IMG/VR virus record: IMGVR_UViG_3300021963_000041
Location: 63,150-127,149 of that record
Length of the DNA stretch: 64,000 nucleotides
Source: a virus
Reading direction: 5' to 3' (one strand)
Part shown: in pieces, positions 25,316 through 35,510 of the stretch
How positions within the stretch are numbered: the stretch's first letter is position 1
Layout: the number at the start of each line of letters is the position of its first letter
Position numbers and translations under genes: made by a program
Notes under the pieces: model-generated
Told to the model about the DNA's origin: nothing
Databases searched by the model: none
Seen by the model: only the letters and a program-made list of their open reading frames with translations

Positions 25316-26517
25316 TATACAAATTTTCCTACTGCGACAACCTCATCAGTTGTTGCTAATGTAAATCCTAATTGTGATGTGTTTAATACCAATGTACATA
25401 CTCCTGATGATTCTGTGAAGCTTGTTATTGCTGCCGGTTCTACATAGATACCGTTCACTAAGAATTGGAAGTTGTTAACACCAGTAGCCGGTAATCCTGA
25501 TGGTGCTGTTAAGAATGTTGCCGTAAAGTATACTGTATCTGGTACGGATACCGAGGTTCCAACTAGTGCCTTGTTTGCTGCTAGGTAAGCAACTGTAGTG
25601 GCATCTGTCAAAGATAGTGGGTTGATTGCTGTTCTCACTGTAGGTTCTGTAAAAGATAATGCACCTGCGCCACCACTTATAGTTGATGTTTCGGTTTCTT
25701 GGTAGATTGCAGGATCGGCATCTGGTGTAGTCTCTATTGTGAATTGACGAGTATCAAAAGCTTTCTCTGAATACTTGTTACTCAACTCTTTAACCAGAAC
25801 ATCAGGAACAATGTGTCCAAACAAGGTTATTTGGAAAGTCGTTCTTACAATTCGATCTGCTTCCTGCAGTACATCTGTTGTGTTTGTAAAGCTGTCAATT
25901 TTTGTTCTAAACTTGAATCGCTCCATATCACCCCAGTAAGCACCTTCCGAGTATATGATTGATTCAACAATTGAGTTCATTCCTTCAATGTAATCTGTCC
26001 AAACAACCACATCGTAAGTAATGTCGACGTAATCAGGCACTACTGTGTTTATGTATGATTTGATTGGTTTACTATTTGTTAAAACACTAAACTGATCGTA
26101 CTTGTTAACTTGTGAGTATTTGACTTCTTGTGTTTGATATAGTTGTGGAAAGTTGGCGTCTACTTTATTAGCTAACATACGATTTTTAGTAATCGCTGTT
26201 CTTTTGTAAGCTATTAGTGGAGATTGAATCTTTCCCTCCTTATCGCGAAAGTACCCATCTGCTTGTAAGTTCTTCCACTTTTCTGGCGAACCGTATATTA
26301 CAGGGACTTTAACTTTTACTCCATTTTCTACAATGTATGGTTTGATTACGTTTTCAAAATAAAACTGAATAGCATAGTCTATATCAAATAGACCAACAGA
26401 AAGCCCCTTCAGCGTATCGTCGTCACGTCTGATATCATTATGACGCTTGAACTCACTGTTTTCTGAACCCTTACTAAGTTCGTACTGTGTTTTAGGTAGT
26501 TGCTTTCTTGTATACAT
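25315..26517 (-). CDS. gp15: Tail completion/sheath terminator protein (gp15-like) with C-terminal extension
   Basis: KVPVIYGSPEKW, PLIAYKR, PDYVDITYDVVVW; follows gp13 and gp14-like genes. Confidence 0.65.
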   Translation of the reverse strand: MYTRKQLPKTQYELSKGSENSEFKRHNDIRRDDDTLKGLSVGLFDIDYAIQFYFENVIKPYIVENGVKVKVPVIYGSPEKWKNLQADGYFRDKEGKIQSPLIAYKRTAITKNRMLANKVDANFPQLYQTQEVKYSQVNKYDQFSVLTNSKPIKSYINTVVPDYVDITYDVVVWTDYIEGMNSIVESIIYSEGAYWGDMERFKFRTKIDSFTNTTDVLQEADRIVRTTFQITLFGHIVPDVLVKELSNKYSEKAFDTRQFTIETTPDADPAIYQETETSTISGGAGALSFTEPTVRTAINPLSLTDATTVAYLAANKALVGTSVSVPDTVYFTATFLTAPSGLPATGVNNFQFLVNGIYVEPAAITSFTESSGVCTLVLNTSQLGFTLATTDEVVAVGKFV

Positions 26518-27026
26518 TAAACTCTACTCTTTACTATTTGCAATCTTGAAACTCTAGTCATATGTCCAACACATAGTATGCTTAAACTTTCACCAAACTC
26601 TGAACCAACACTCTTTCCATAGTCGTTATCTTTTCCAGCAATAAACTGGTTTTCGTTTATTTGATCTAGCTCGTAGAAGTTACCTCGAACTTCAACAATA
26701 TCGCCACCTGCTGGTACTAGGTTGATTTCTCTCAGTTTTGGTTTTAAAAACCTAAACGTCATTGTCTGAATAACGTCTAACCCAAACTGATCATCAGCTA
26801 CATAGGTTTGATCTCCTCTTTCTATTAAGCACGTCACTCGAACTGCTGTATAGTAAGTTTTTTGACCTGATGCTTCTCCGTATAAATTAGAAGCAACATC
26901 TTTTGCTTTTGTCTCTGGTAGAAAATACTTGTAATAATCCACCTCTTGCTGAATTACATTGTCTAGTAACTCACCATTAACCTTTTTAATAAAGCTTATA
27001 TCCCGACTACTTCCAAATAATGCCAT
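26517..27026 (-). CDS. gp14: Neck/head-closure protein (gp14-like)
   Basis: NLYGEA, FGLD, P.GGDIV...YEL motifs; synteny. Confidence 0.65.
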   Translation of the reverse strand: MALFGSSRDISFIKKVNGELLDNVIQQEVDYYKYFLPETKAKDVASNLYGEASGQKTYYTAVRVTCLIERGDQTYVADDQFGLDVIQTMTFRFLKPKLREINLVPAGGDIVEVRGNFYELDQINENQFIAGKDNDYGKSVGSEFGESLSILCVGHMTRVSRLQIVKSRV

Positions 27027-28201
27027 TACTTAACGTATATGTAAAGTGGTACTTTTGATAATTGTGTTTGCATAGCAGTTGCTATTGCTGACTCTTGTTC
27101 CATCTGACCTTGTCTAGTCATACTTTGTAGTAATTCTTTCAAGTCTGTAAGTAATGTGGTTTTATCTTCACGACCTTGAGCTAATAAATCAGTTCCGTTA
27201 AGAGTTGTCTCTGCTCCTGGAATAGGTACGGTTGTATATTTTCCTCGAACTAGACCCAACATTTCTTTTGCAGTTGCTAGCGTGTATTTGTAAATCCACT
27301 GAACACCTACGTCTTTGATTTTATTGAACTCAATTCTGCTGTAAGGTACATTACTCAAATCGCTGATTGATCCAGTTGGAGTTTGTAGTGGATTATTTCT
27401 ATCATTAGTAACCACATACTCAAACCAAAGTTTGTAATCAGCTGTTGGAATGGGATATAGACTCAGTTTATTATTTCTCAATTCAAAAGAGTAGTTAGAC
27501 TTACGAATCGTATCATTTAATTCAATAGCCTGCATACGAAGCAAATCCGCATACAATGGCATCACCATAAACGATACTGCAGGTGAGTATGATCCCCAAC
27601 CAAAACTATCTAATAGTTGTTGAGTTCCTGCTCCAGTTCCTACATAAGGGTCAAAGTATCTTACGATAGCTGGCGTAAAGTCATGATAAACTCTTTTGAT
27701 TTCAATCGCGTTTCCTGACTCACTAACATTAGCCCATAATGTGTCTAAGTCATAGCTTTGCGATCCAGCAACAAGATTGATGTAGCCTTTTTTCCAATCA
27801 ACGTTACCACCAGTACCAGTTTCCGATCCATAATTTTTAGCTAACTCAATTGTACGTCCCATGTTGGGAGATATAGTTCGCTGTGATAGTTGATTTGAAG
27901 TTGAGGTACCTTGCAAAGTTAGCATATAGTCCTTTGCATTAAACATATTCACTTGAGTGCTAAATTCAGTCACTGCTTCCTCAAAAGCAGTAAAGAAGTT
28001 AATATCTTGCAATTCAACTTCCATTATAGGATAGCCTAATCTGCGTGCACACCAGTCTGCTACTTTATCAGCTTCAGTCTTGAATACAACATCTCCGTCA
28101 TAATAACCAAAAGCTGTAGGTCTTACTGTAGATGATCCTGTGTAAAATGAAGCGGATAGTGTTGCAAACGAACTGGATCCTGGCCAAATTGGTATGTTCA
28201 T
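27026..28201 (-). CDS. gp13: Neck protein (gp13-like)
   Basis: RRLGYPIMEVEL, WIYKYTLATAKEMLG.VRGKY..IPG...LNG. Confidence 0.8.
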   Translation of the reverse strand: MNIPIWPGSSSFATLSASFYTGSSTVRPTAFGYYDGDVVFKTEADKVADWCARRLGYPIMEVELQDINFFTAFEEAVTEFSTQVNMFNAKDYMLTLQGTSTSNQLSQRTISPNMGRTIELAKNYGSETGTGGNVDWKKGYINLVAGSQSYDLDTLWANVSESGNAIEIKRVYHDFTPAIVRYFDPYVGTGAGTQQLLDSFGWGSYSPAVSFMVMPLYADLLRMQAIELNDTIRKSNYSFELRNNKLSLYPIPTADYKLWFEYVVTNDRNNPLQTPTGSISDLSNVPYSRIEFNKIKDVGVQWIYKYTLATAKEMLGLVRGKYTTVPIPGAETTLNGTDLLAQGREDKTTLLTDLKELLQSMTRQGQMEQESAIATAMQTQLSKVPLYIYVK

Positions 28202-28240
28202 GTGTAGCTACTTTGTAATAAATAGTTGTGATTTGTATTT

Positions 28241-28273
28241 AAAAGAAAAGCTGACCGTATTGGGCCAGCTTTT
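28241..28273 (-). terminator. Rho-independent terminator after phoH
   Basis: Minus strand AAAAGCTGGCC...GGTCAGCTTTT plus CTTTT. Confidence 0.7.
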
Positions 28274-28295
28274 ATATCTTTATATTCTGGTGTCA

Positions 28296-28988
28296 TTAGA
28301 TGTCTCGATAATCGGAGTAAATCTTTAACACCTCTTCCACAATTTCATGTCTATGGTTGGTCTTGAGAGATACTATCTTAACACCCTTAATGTTTTCTTC
28401 TAACCGAACAAAGAAGCCAATACCCGAGTCTTTCTTTTGCTTCAAGTCAATCTGAGCTAAGTCTCCACAAAACACCATCTTACCACCACGACCTAGACGA
28501 CCTAGCATCATCTCAGTCTGACCATGTGTGATATTCTGACATTCGTCAACTAACACAAACGTGTTCGGGAAAGTTCGACCTCTCATGAATGCAAATGGTA
28601 CAATCTCAATATGCCCCTCTTGAACCATTTTATCAATACCCTCCTTGTTGTAAAGCATATACAAGTTAGCATAGATTGGAGCTAGCCATGGATCCATTTT
28701 CTCCTTTAGATCACCTGGTAAGAATCCAATATCCTCCTTTGCTACCGTTGGTCTTGTTATTACAATTTTTTCAATCTCCCTCTTAAAGAACATATCTAAA
28801 GCAGTTTGACACGCTACTAGCGTTTTACCACTACCTGCCATTCCTTTTAGAAGTGTGATTGGATTTTCAAAGATTATTGACTTAGCAGACTTCTGCTCTT
28901 CATTCAATTCGATCTTGAATTTAACTGGGTTTTTCGGCTTTCTTTTTTCCAAGTTGCTTAACTTTTTAGCCGGTTGTGGTTGGTCCAT
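28296..28988 (-). CDS. phoH: PhoH-like ATPase
   Basis: GMAGSGKT Walker A, ITRP, GFLPGDLKEK, MRGRTF, DECQN, GDLAQID, RH. Confidence 0.95.
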   Translation of the reverse strand: MDQPQPAKKLSNLEKRKPKNPVKFKIELNEEQKSAKSIIFENPITLLKGMAGSGKTLVACQTALDMFFKREIEKIVITRPTVAKEDIGFLPGDLKEKMDPWLAPIYANLYMLYNKEGIDKMVQEGHIEIVPFAFMRGRTFPNTFVLVDECQNITHGQTEMMLGRLGRGGKMVFCGDLAQIDLKQKKDSGIGFFVRLEENIKGVKIVSLKTNHRHEIVEEVLKIYSDYRDI

Positions 28989-29043
28989 GTCATATGGTAT
29001 AACTGATGAATAACTTTGTCCTTAATAAATAGTTTCGGGCAAC

Positions 29044-29075
29044 AAAAAAGCCCCTCTTTTGGAGGGGCTCTTTTT
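29044..29075 (-). terminator. Rho-independent terminator after major capsid gene
   Basis: AGCCCCTC-CAAAA-GAGGGGCT with a T-tract following the stem on each strand. Confidence 0.85.
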
Positions 29076-29092
29076 ACCTATTCGTGATTAGA

Positions 29093-30703
29093 TTAGATGT
29101 TGTTCAATTGACCAACATAAACTTTACCATAGAACTCAGGACGAGTAACAACTTTCGCGTAGCGAGTCATCACACCACGACGTGGGATGAAGTTGTTAGG
29201 ATCGTACACTAGAGGAGTAAGCATTAATGGAACGTAAGGAGCATAAACTGCACCAGTTTCCAAGAATTGGTTACCTCTGAAGCCCATCAATACAGTGTTT
29301 TCTTGCATGTAAGGGTTTTTGTACACTTGGTAGCGGCTAGTTAAAGCACCTACTTTTTGAACACCCATTGCATACTTCATTTTCTCACCATCACCATCTG
29401 CAGCATATCCAGGGATAGACTCAAGAATAGTAGACACGTTAGGAGAACATACTAGGAAGTTTGCACCACCACGTAATGTCTTAGCGTGAATTTGGTTAGA
29501 AACTTTTTGCAATTTAGTTCCTAGAGTAGAGAACCAAGTACCTTGTACATATGCGTTACCGCTTACGTTAGGATCAGCAATGAATGCAGAACCATTCCAA
29601 ACCTCGTTTGTACGTGCAGACCAGTATTCAGTAGTGTCAGCAGCAGCGATCAACATATCTAGGATCTCTAAGTCAATTTCCATAGAAACGTACTCAGATA
29701 ACATAGCTGTTAATTCAGCTTCAGCATCTACAGAGTGGTATGCGTTAAGGTCTTGTGCAAATTCTGGAGTCCAGCTTGCTTTCAACTTACGAGTCTTAGC
29801 AGTCACTGGAATAGAACGCATTTGCAATTCGATCTCAGGGATGTTAAGGTTGGTATCTAATGTACGGCCGTTAGCAGTTTCGAAGTCGCTACGAGCGTCA
29901 TTAGTAGGTTGGATAGAGTAGCTAACAGCAGCAGTTGCCCATGAACCAGTTGTGATAGCAGAGTTTGCTACAACGAAGATCAAGTCGTTACCAGACTTCT
30001 TAGTGAATGCAGGGAAGTATCCAGTACCAGCAGTTAATGCAGTTGAACCAGAGAATGGTTGGAATGCACGAACAGCGTATTGGTCAGCTTTAGATTCAGT
30101 AGCGAAGAATCCTGTGAAAGTCACAGTACGGTAGCTAGAAAGTGAACCAGTAAAGTCACCATCGTAGTTAACAGAAGCAGCAGTAGCTGAACCTGAAGTT
30201 ACGAACAATGCACCTGGGTTTGCAGATACTACACCATTAGATGAGAATCCGAAACGACCTGCACCATAAAGACCATCTTTAGGAGCACCAGTACCGTTAG
30301 TAACACCCTGAAGTGTACCAGTTTGGTTTTGACCAGTTGGATCGTATCCAAAAGGAGCTTTGTTAGTACCATATTTGAAGTCTAAGTAGAATACTAGACC
30401 AGAAGGTAAGTTCATTGGCTGAACGCTAACGAATTCTTTAGCTGAAATCTCAGCAAAGATACGACGTACCAATGGAAGAGCTACACCGTGGTATTGCTCA
30501 TATCCGCTTGTACCTTGTCCTGCAGTAGATACAGATCCTTCTTTAATTAATTGTTTTGCTTGGTTTTCCAAAAGGACAGCAACGGTTGATTTCTCGTTGT
30601 TCCCTTTCAAACCTTCTAAAAGGCCAGTTTTTGACCATTTAGAAATCAACGGCTTAACCTCTTGGGCGCGGTTGACATTTCCTAGGTTTTCGAATAAATT
30701 CAT
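29093..30703 (-). CDS. gp23: Major capsid protein (T4 gp23-like)
   Basis: VSVQPMNLPSGLVF, AKTRKLKASWTPEFAQDLNAYH..DAEAEL, YAPYVPL, PRRGVMTRY. Confidence 0.97.
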   Translation of the reverse strand: MNLFENLGNVNRAQEVKPLISKWSKTGLLEGLKGNNEKSTVAVLLENQAKQLIKEGSVSTAGQGTSGYEQYHGVALPLVRRIFAEISAKEFVSVQPMNLPSGLVFYLDFKYGTNKAPFGYDPTGQNQTGTLQGVTNGTGAPKDGLYGAGRFGFSSNGVVSANPGALFVTSGSATAASVNYDGDFTGSLSSYRTVTFTGFFATESKADQYAVRAFQPFSGSTALTAGTGYFPAFTKKSGNDLIFVVANSAITTGSWATAAVSYSIQPTNDARSDFETANGRTLDTNLNIPEIELQMRSIPVTAKTRKLKASWTPEFAQDLNAYHSVDAEAELTAMLSEYVSMEIDLEILDMLIAAADTTEYWSARTNEVWNGSAFIADPNVSGNAYVQGTWFSTLGTKLQKVSNQIHAKTLRGGANFLVCSPNVSTILESIPGYAADGDGEKMKYAMGVQKVGALTSRYQVYKNPYMQENTVLMGFRGNQFLETGAVYAPYVPLMLTPLVYDPNNFIPRRGVMTRYAKVVTRPEFYGKVYVGQLNNI

Positions 30704-30723
30704 TTTTTGTTTTGTTAAAGGGT

Positions 30724-31752
30724 TTATTTGTTGTAGTTAACCAATGATTTGAAACGGTTTACGATATCATTGCTTTCAGTGATGATCTTAGTCTTCTTCT
30801 GTGGAGCAGATGCAAGACCTTCAGTCATTCTTTTCTTAGGTGCAGCAGTAGCTTTTGCTTTACCAACTGATTCAGCTAAAGTAGCATAGATCAATTTAGC
30901 TTCGCGTACGTTCTTAGCACGGTCGAATGTTTCAATGATTTTAACCTTTTGAGACTCAGTCAACTCACCTTTACGGAATAATTTGTTAACGAATAACAAT
31001 TTAGCGTTGAGTAAGTTTACTTCGTTCAATTTGCTACGTAAGAATTTGATTACACCGTAAGCTTCGTTGAGTTCAGTTTTGATTTCTTCAACTTTCTCAG
31101 TTTCTTCTTCTTCAGCTTCTTCATCTTCTTCACGCAATGCGCGGATGATTTCTTCTAGGTCAACTTCTTCGTCATCTTCACCTTCAGCACCTTCGGTCTT
31201 AGGTTCAGACTCCTCTTCTTCGTCGCCTTCTTCTTCCATCATCTTTTTCTTTTTCATTTTACCTTCGCTTTTAGGAGCTTCTTCGTACTCTTCATCTTCA
31301 CCTTCTTCAAGTGATTCTTCTTCGTCCGAACCTTCTTCTTCTCCTTCAAGTTCACGTAAAATTTCTTCCAACTCTTCATCAGAAATTTCTTCTGAATCGT
31401 CAGCTGGCATTTCTTCTTCCTCAGTAGGCATTTCATCCTCTGCAGGCATTTCTTCTTCTTCAGTTGGCATCTCTTCTTCAGCAGGTTCTTCAGCAGGCAT
31501 TTCATCCTCCATTTCTTCACCTTCTTCTGAAACGATTCCAGCCATTTTTCGCATTCTTGCAATTTCAGTAGTCTCTTCTTCTGCAGGTGCTTCTACTTCT
31601 TCTTCGTCTTCCATCTCTTCTTTGATTTTGTGAGATAGCATTGATTGAAGTTTAGGAGCAAATGCTTCTTCAAGAGCTGCTTTAGCGTTTGCAAGCGCAG
31701 TTTCGCGTACGGCCTTAGCGTCAGCGATAGCATCTTTTAAAAGCTTGTTCAT
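30724..31752 (-). CDS. Prohead core/scaffold protein (gp22-like)
   Basis: Highly acidic, coiled-coil ends, many L/I-x-E sites; immediately upstream of major capsid gene. Confidence 0.8.
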   Translation of the reverse strand: MNKLLKDAIADAKAVRETALANAKAALEEAFAPKLQSMLSHKIKEEMEDEEEVEAPAEEETTEIARMRKMAGIVSEEGEEMEDEMPAEEPAEEEMPTEEEEMPAEDEMPTEEEEMPADDSEEISDEELEEILRELEGEEEGSDEEESLEEGEDEEYEEAPKSEGKMKKKKMMEEEGDEEEESEPKTEGAEGEDDEEVDLEEIIRALREEDEEAEEEETEKVEEIKTELNEAYGVIKFLRSKLNEVNLLNAKLLFVNKLFRKGELTESQKVKIIETFDRAKNVREAKLIYATLAESVGKAKATAAPKKRMTEGLASAPQKKTKIITESNDIVNRFKSLVNYNK

Positions 31753-31779
31753 CTTTATTTAATGTGGTTTTTGACTTAA

Positions 31780-31845
31780 CGTCCTATAGCTATTAGAGAG
31801 CTACAATTAGATACAATTACTAGGACGCTATAATAGGGATAGCGT
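31780..31845 (-). promoter_or_regulatory. Structured 5' leader of scaffold-capsid operon
   Basis: ACGCUAU-CCCUAUU-AUAGCGU and UAGCU-CUCUAAU-AGCUA hairpins plus CGUCCUA/UAGGACG pairing. Confidence 0.5.
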
Positions 31846-31868
31846 ATTATGATCATAAATAGTCACGC

Positions 31869-31900
31869 AAAAAGCAAAACCCACCTTGAAGGGTGGGTTC
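31869..31900 (-). terminator. Rho-independent terminator
   Basis: Minus strand AACCCACC-CTTCAA-GGTGGGTT then TTGCTTTTT. Confidence 0.8.
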
Positions 31901-31920
31901 TACAAAAATTTTTTTATATA

Positions 31921-32571
31921 TTATGCGCTTTTTAGACCAACCTTACCTAAGAATGATGAAACCTCTGAGGTTTTGATGGATGCCATTGCTGCCTCAAATG
32001 CTGCAATTGAGAAGCTACCACCATGAGCTGCTCCAGTCATCGCTCCCTTGAAGGCTCCAATTGCCCCAATTCCTGAGTAGACCGCAAGCCCCGCAATAAT
32101 AGTGTAATACAACATTTCTGCTGCTTTGTCTTGTGCAGTATCTCCTTCGATACCAGCTTTCTTAAAAATACCACTAATTTTAAGAATAAATTTCAAACCT
32201 TTGACATACGCTTTGTGCCACTTGTGAGTGAACTCGATAATGTTGTGAGCAAACTCCTCCTCTTGACCTTTTGCTTGTCCTGGCTTAACTAGCTTCTTCC
32301 ATACAGCTACCAACTTGCCAACACCCTTAACAAAAAGCTCAACTACTTTAGGTAGTGCCAAGATAAATCCAATGATTGCAAATGCTCCAAGCGATTCATT
32401 CAACTTTTCCTCAGAAGATTCAACCTCTTGTTCAATCTCATCTTTATTCGATTCGAACTCAGTTCCCAAAGCTGTAAAAGAATCTTTCATTGCAGCATCC
32501 ATTGCTGCTATCATTTTTTTATCCTCTTCCTCTCTAAGGATCTGTTCAACTATTAATCCAAGCTTTGCCAT
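31921..32571 (-). CDS. Hypothetical head-region protein with hydrophobic helices
   Basis: ILREE and KLNES sites followed by two hydrophobic stretches. Confidence 0.7.
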   Translation of the reverse strand: MAKLGLIVEQILREEEDKKMIAAMDAAMKDSFTALGTEFESNKDEIEQEVESSEEKLNESLGAFAIIGFILALPKVVELFVKGVGKLVAVWKKLVKPGQAKGQEEEFAHNIIEFTHKWHKAYVKGLKFILKISGIFKKAGIEGDTAQDKAAEMLYYTIIAGLAVYSGIGAIGAFKGAMTGAAHGGSFSIAAFEAAMASIKTSEVSSFLGKVGLKSA

Positions 32572-32933
32572 TATTTCTTTTTAAAGAAGTTTTTTACGTT
32601 TTCTGATATATCGTCAAAATTCACAAGAACATCTACACCATCTGGTTGAGTTGTTACCAACACACCTTTTTTGTCAATACTTTTGACAGTACCTTTATCG
32701 CTAACAAAGTTAGCATTGTTGTATTTTTTTACTGCGCTAAGATTAAAACTAATCGGAATACCTGCTGGCTTTTCTGGAGTTGCGTCTTTCTTCTCTTCTT
32801 CACCCGCTTTCTCAGCAGCTTCTGGTCCACCCTTTGCAGCAGCGGCAAAAGGATTTGCCTCTTCCTCCGCTTCTAGAACGTAGGATTTTACAACCTTTTC
32901 GATTAGCTCTTTAACTTGCTTATTTAATTTCAT
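32571..32933 (-). CDS. Hypothetical head-region protein
   Basis: Start reassigned to MKLNKQ (ATG 32933), which shortens the overlap with the upstream gene. Confidence 0.65.
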   Translation of the reverse strand: MKLNKQVKELIEKVVKSYVLEAEEEANPFAAAAKGGPEAAEKAGEEEKKDATPEKPAGIPISFNLSAVKKYNNANFVSDKGTVKSIDKKGVLVTTQPDGVDVLVNFDDISENVKNFFKKK

Positions 32934-33279
32934 AGTAGCGTGATAATGTGTGACCCATTTCTTCATATAACGATTCTAGGCGTTGCTGTAATTTAGCAAC
33001 CTCTTTTACAGTTTTCATAAACTGCTCGTTATTTGATCGTAGACCTTTCATATTACGCTTCACAGTAATCTCATCAAACCACTCATCAGTTTCCTGAAGA
33101 GCAATTCTTTCAGCATTCTCAACAATGTTGCTAATTGCAGTTGCTGCTTCACGCAAATCGTCAGTGCGATAAATCTTCGCACCATACTCGTTGAATCTAG
33201 AAACTGCTTCTAAAAACTGAGTTTTTTCGTTTAGTTCAACCTTTTGGTCGATGCTTTCTTTTATCTTTTTGAGTTTCAT
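32920..33279 (-). CDS. Hypothetical prohead-associated protein
   Basis: Helical 119-aa ORF directly after the protease gene. Confidence 0.7.
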   Translation of the reverse strand: MKLKKIKESIDQKVELNEKTQFLEAVSRFNEYGAKIYRTDDLREAATAISNIVENAERIALQETDEWFDEITVKRNMKGLRSNNEQFMKTVKEVAKLQQRLESLYEEMGHTLSRYYEIK

Positions 33280-33280
33280 A

Positions 33281-33901
33281 TTACATTATTGAGATTATAT
33301 CACTAATAAGTGAGTTCACTTTATTGTATTTGTTGTTGTTGCTGGCACCATGAGATACACCCTCGTTTAGGTTATCCATAAAAGCACCTTGTGTTGATGG
33401 ATTAGATACTAAATCCCAACAAACGATTTCAAAATCATCTTGCACTTCTACTCTACCCTCTCCTAGATTCTTAACAGAACCCATACCACGAGAGCTAATA
33501 CCTAAGCGGATACCCGCTTTTAAAAGTTCTTTGGCAATGTTTCCAGATGGTGTAGATAGAATTTCAATTCTACCCATCAAGTCATTACCTTCCCACCACA
33601 AATCTAAGATATTGTGTGATACGTTTGCTAAGTTGACTACAGATGATTCTGGGTGATCTAATTCTCCTAATGCTCTACGCTCAGCTACAAATACTTTTTT
33701 GTATTTTTCACACTCACGCTTTAGAATAGGCATTGGATAGCTTCTACCATTTTGGTTAAAGTTCTTATCCATATTTGAACTACCTCTCTGCATGACACCG
33801 CTTACGATCAACTTGCCACTATTTTGGCTAATTGATTCGTTAATCTGCTCTGGTGTAAATTGTAAAGAGCCTATGAAGTCAACTATTACTTGCTTGCTCA
33901 T
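33281..33901 (-). CDS. gp21: Prohead core protease (T4 gp21-like)
   Basis: NQNGRSYP, ALGELDHP, VSH, GISSRGMGS, WDLVSNPSTQGA. Confidence 0.95.
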   Translation of the reverse strand: MSKQVIVDFIGSLQFTPEQINESISQNSGKLIVSGVMQRGSSNMDKNFNQNGRSYPMPILKRECEKYKKVFVAERRALGELDHPESSVVNLANVSHNILDLWWEGNDLMGRIEILSTPSGNIAKELLKAGIRLGISSRGMGSVKNLGEGRVEVQDDFEIVCWDLVSNPSTQGAFMDNLNEGVSHGASNNNKYNKVNSLISDIISIM

Positions 33902-34638
33902 GCTTTAAATTCTTTAGTTATGTTCTGTACTAATTGTTGTTCTTGATTGAAGTTTCCTAATCTAATCTCCTCATCGTAGGCTTGGTACATTAACTCACCA
34001 TTACGATAATCGATAGCGTATGGCTCTCCATCGAGCATAACATCAAATTCATACCACTCAGTCCCTAATTGATTGTAGTCAATATCTTGAGGTTTGATAG
34101 TCAATCCAGCTTTTGCAAAAATTTGCACTAGCTTATCTTTTACAGCTGTAGCTGCCAACTCTTTCAAGTTTGCTAGACTGCGTGCTTTTTTATTTATCTC
34201 AGACAATCTGTTGCTGATCTTTAGGATAGCTTCATTTGTACGCTTCCAATAACGACCGTTGTCAATTGCTGATTCGGTTTTTAGCTTGATACTGTGATCT
34301 AACGCTCTAGAGATTTCTCTAAGCATCTTATTCACTTCTAATATCTTTCTATTGACCTTTTGAACTTCGTTAGCTGTTGGATCAGTTTTAAAACTCTTAT
34401 AGCTAACTTCGTGTAATTTTATTGTATGTGGATGTTCTTTTGGAGCCTTCTTGCTATATGCAAATTGCTCGTCTTCTAGATCAACCGCTTGAGTTCCGTC
34501 GTCTGTAGGATCTCCTGTGAAAGCACCTGGTGTGTGGAAAGCTCCTGCACCATCTGAGGTACTCCCTTCGTTACGTAGTTTTTTAATATACTTACGTACC
34601 TCTTCTATCTCTTTTAATGTTAGTTTCTTACTTGACAT
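33898..34638 (-). CDS. Hypothetical head-region protein
   Basis: ORF between portal and protease with several x-x-E sites. Confidence 0.7.
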   Translation of the reverse strand: MSSKKLTLKEIEEVRKYIKKLRNEGSTSDGAGAFHTPGAFTGDPTDDGTQAVDLEDEQFAYSKKAPKEHPHTIKLHEVSYKSFKTDPTANEVQKVNRKILEVNKMLREISRALDHSIKLKTESAIDNGRYWKRTNEAILKISNRLSEINKKARSLANLKELAATAVKDKLVQIFAKAGLTIKPQDIDYNQLGTEWYEFDVMLDGEPYAIDYRNGELMYQAYDEEIRLGNFNQEQQLVQNITKEFKA

Positions 34639-35485
34639 TTTTCAACTCTTTTAGTAGCTCATGATATAGAAGTAGTGATAAAACGTGATCTTCCTTAACA
34701 GACTTAATTTTTTCAAGTTTGTTAGTCATGCTAACAACCTCATTGAGTTTGATAGCCGTTACCTTATCTTGAACTTTTGGTAGCATTTTCTGAATAGCTG
34801 CTGCTACAATCTTACCTTCTTTAACGATAAACTGTTTTAACCCAGCAGTGTTAGATACATTATTAATGTACTCTCTTAAAATGCCTTTTTGTTTTGTTGA
34901 TAGATTAGCGTACTTATCGTTGAATTTATTTATCATCAACTTGTAAGCTAACAAACGAACTTCTTCATCTTGCTTCAAATAATCATCTACTGCAGCTTCT
35001 GCTGACTCAGCAAGTTTAATTTGGTTCTTTCTAGTGATGTGTTCAAGAATTGTATAACGACTCTTAACAACATCAGCTACTTTAGCAACACTCACACCTT
35101 CAAAAATACGATAGATGGATGCGTAGATTCTGTACTCAGCTAGATTGGTTTTGAAGAAATCTTTAAGATCGTAATGATTCTTAACCTCTTTAATCAAATT
35201 GTACTTGGTTTCGCTAAGCTTTGTTGCGTTCATTTTATTACGCAACTTTACTACTGTATTCAATAGGTAATTAGCTTTGCTGCCATCGGTATACTTTTCA
35301 TTCATTAGAGTTTGGTATAATACCAACTCCTTTGCGAGAATTGAATCAGCTTTGAAAAACTCTCTGATTATAGTTAAAGCCGGTGATTTCTCGACACCCT
35401 TAATTGTATCAGCCGCAACCTGACGCGTTAACAATTCAAATAGAATTGCCGTGTTCCTGATCTTGGAGTGTGTTGATTTTTTCAT
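34628..35485 (-). CDS. Hypothetical prohead-associated protein
   Basis: Helical 285-aa ORF directly downstream of portal, with its own promoter motif. Confidence 0.75.
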   Translation of the reverse strand: MKKSTHSKIRNTAILFELLTRQVAADTIKGVEKSPALTIIREFFKADSILAKELVLYQTLMNEKYTDGSKANYLLNTVVKLRNKMNATKLSETKYNLIKEVKNHYDLKDFFKTNLAEYRIYASIYRIFEGVSVAKVADVVKSRYTILEHITRKNQIKLAESAEAAVDDYLKQDEEVRLLAYKLMINKFNDKYANLSTKQKGILREYINNVSNTAGLKQFIVKEGKIVAAAIQKMLPKVQDKVTAIKLNEVVSMTNKLEKIKSVKEDHVLSLLLYHELLKELKNVK

Positions 35486-35510
35486 CTAATAATAAATATG
35501 TCGGTTTATG

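Noticed and set aside
29000-29040. CTGATGA near phoH as a hammerhead ribozyme core
   Set aside because: No GAAA or flanking stems on the same strand.
31067-31633. 188-aa Ser-rich plus-strand ORF
   Set aside because: Antisense shadow of the Glu-rich scaffold gene.
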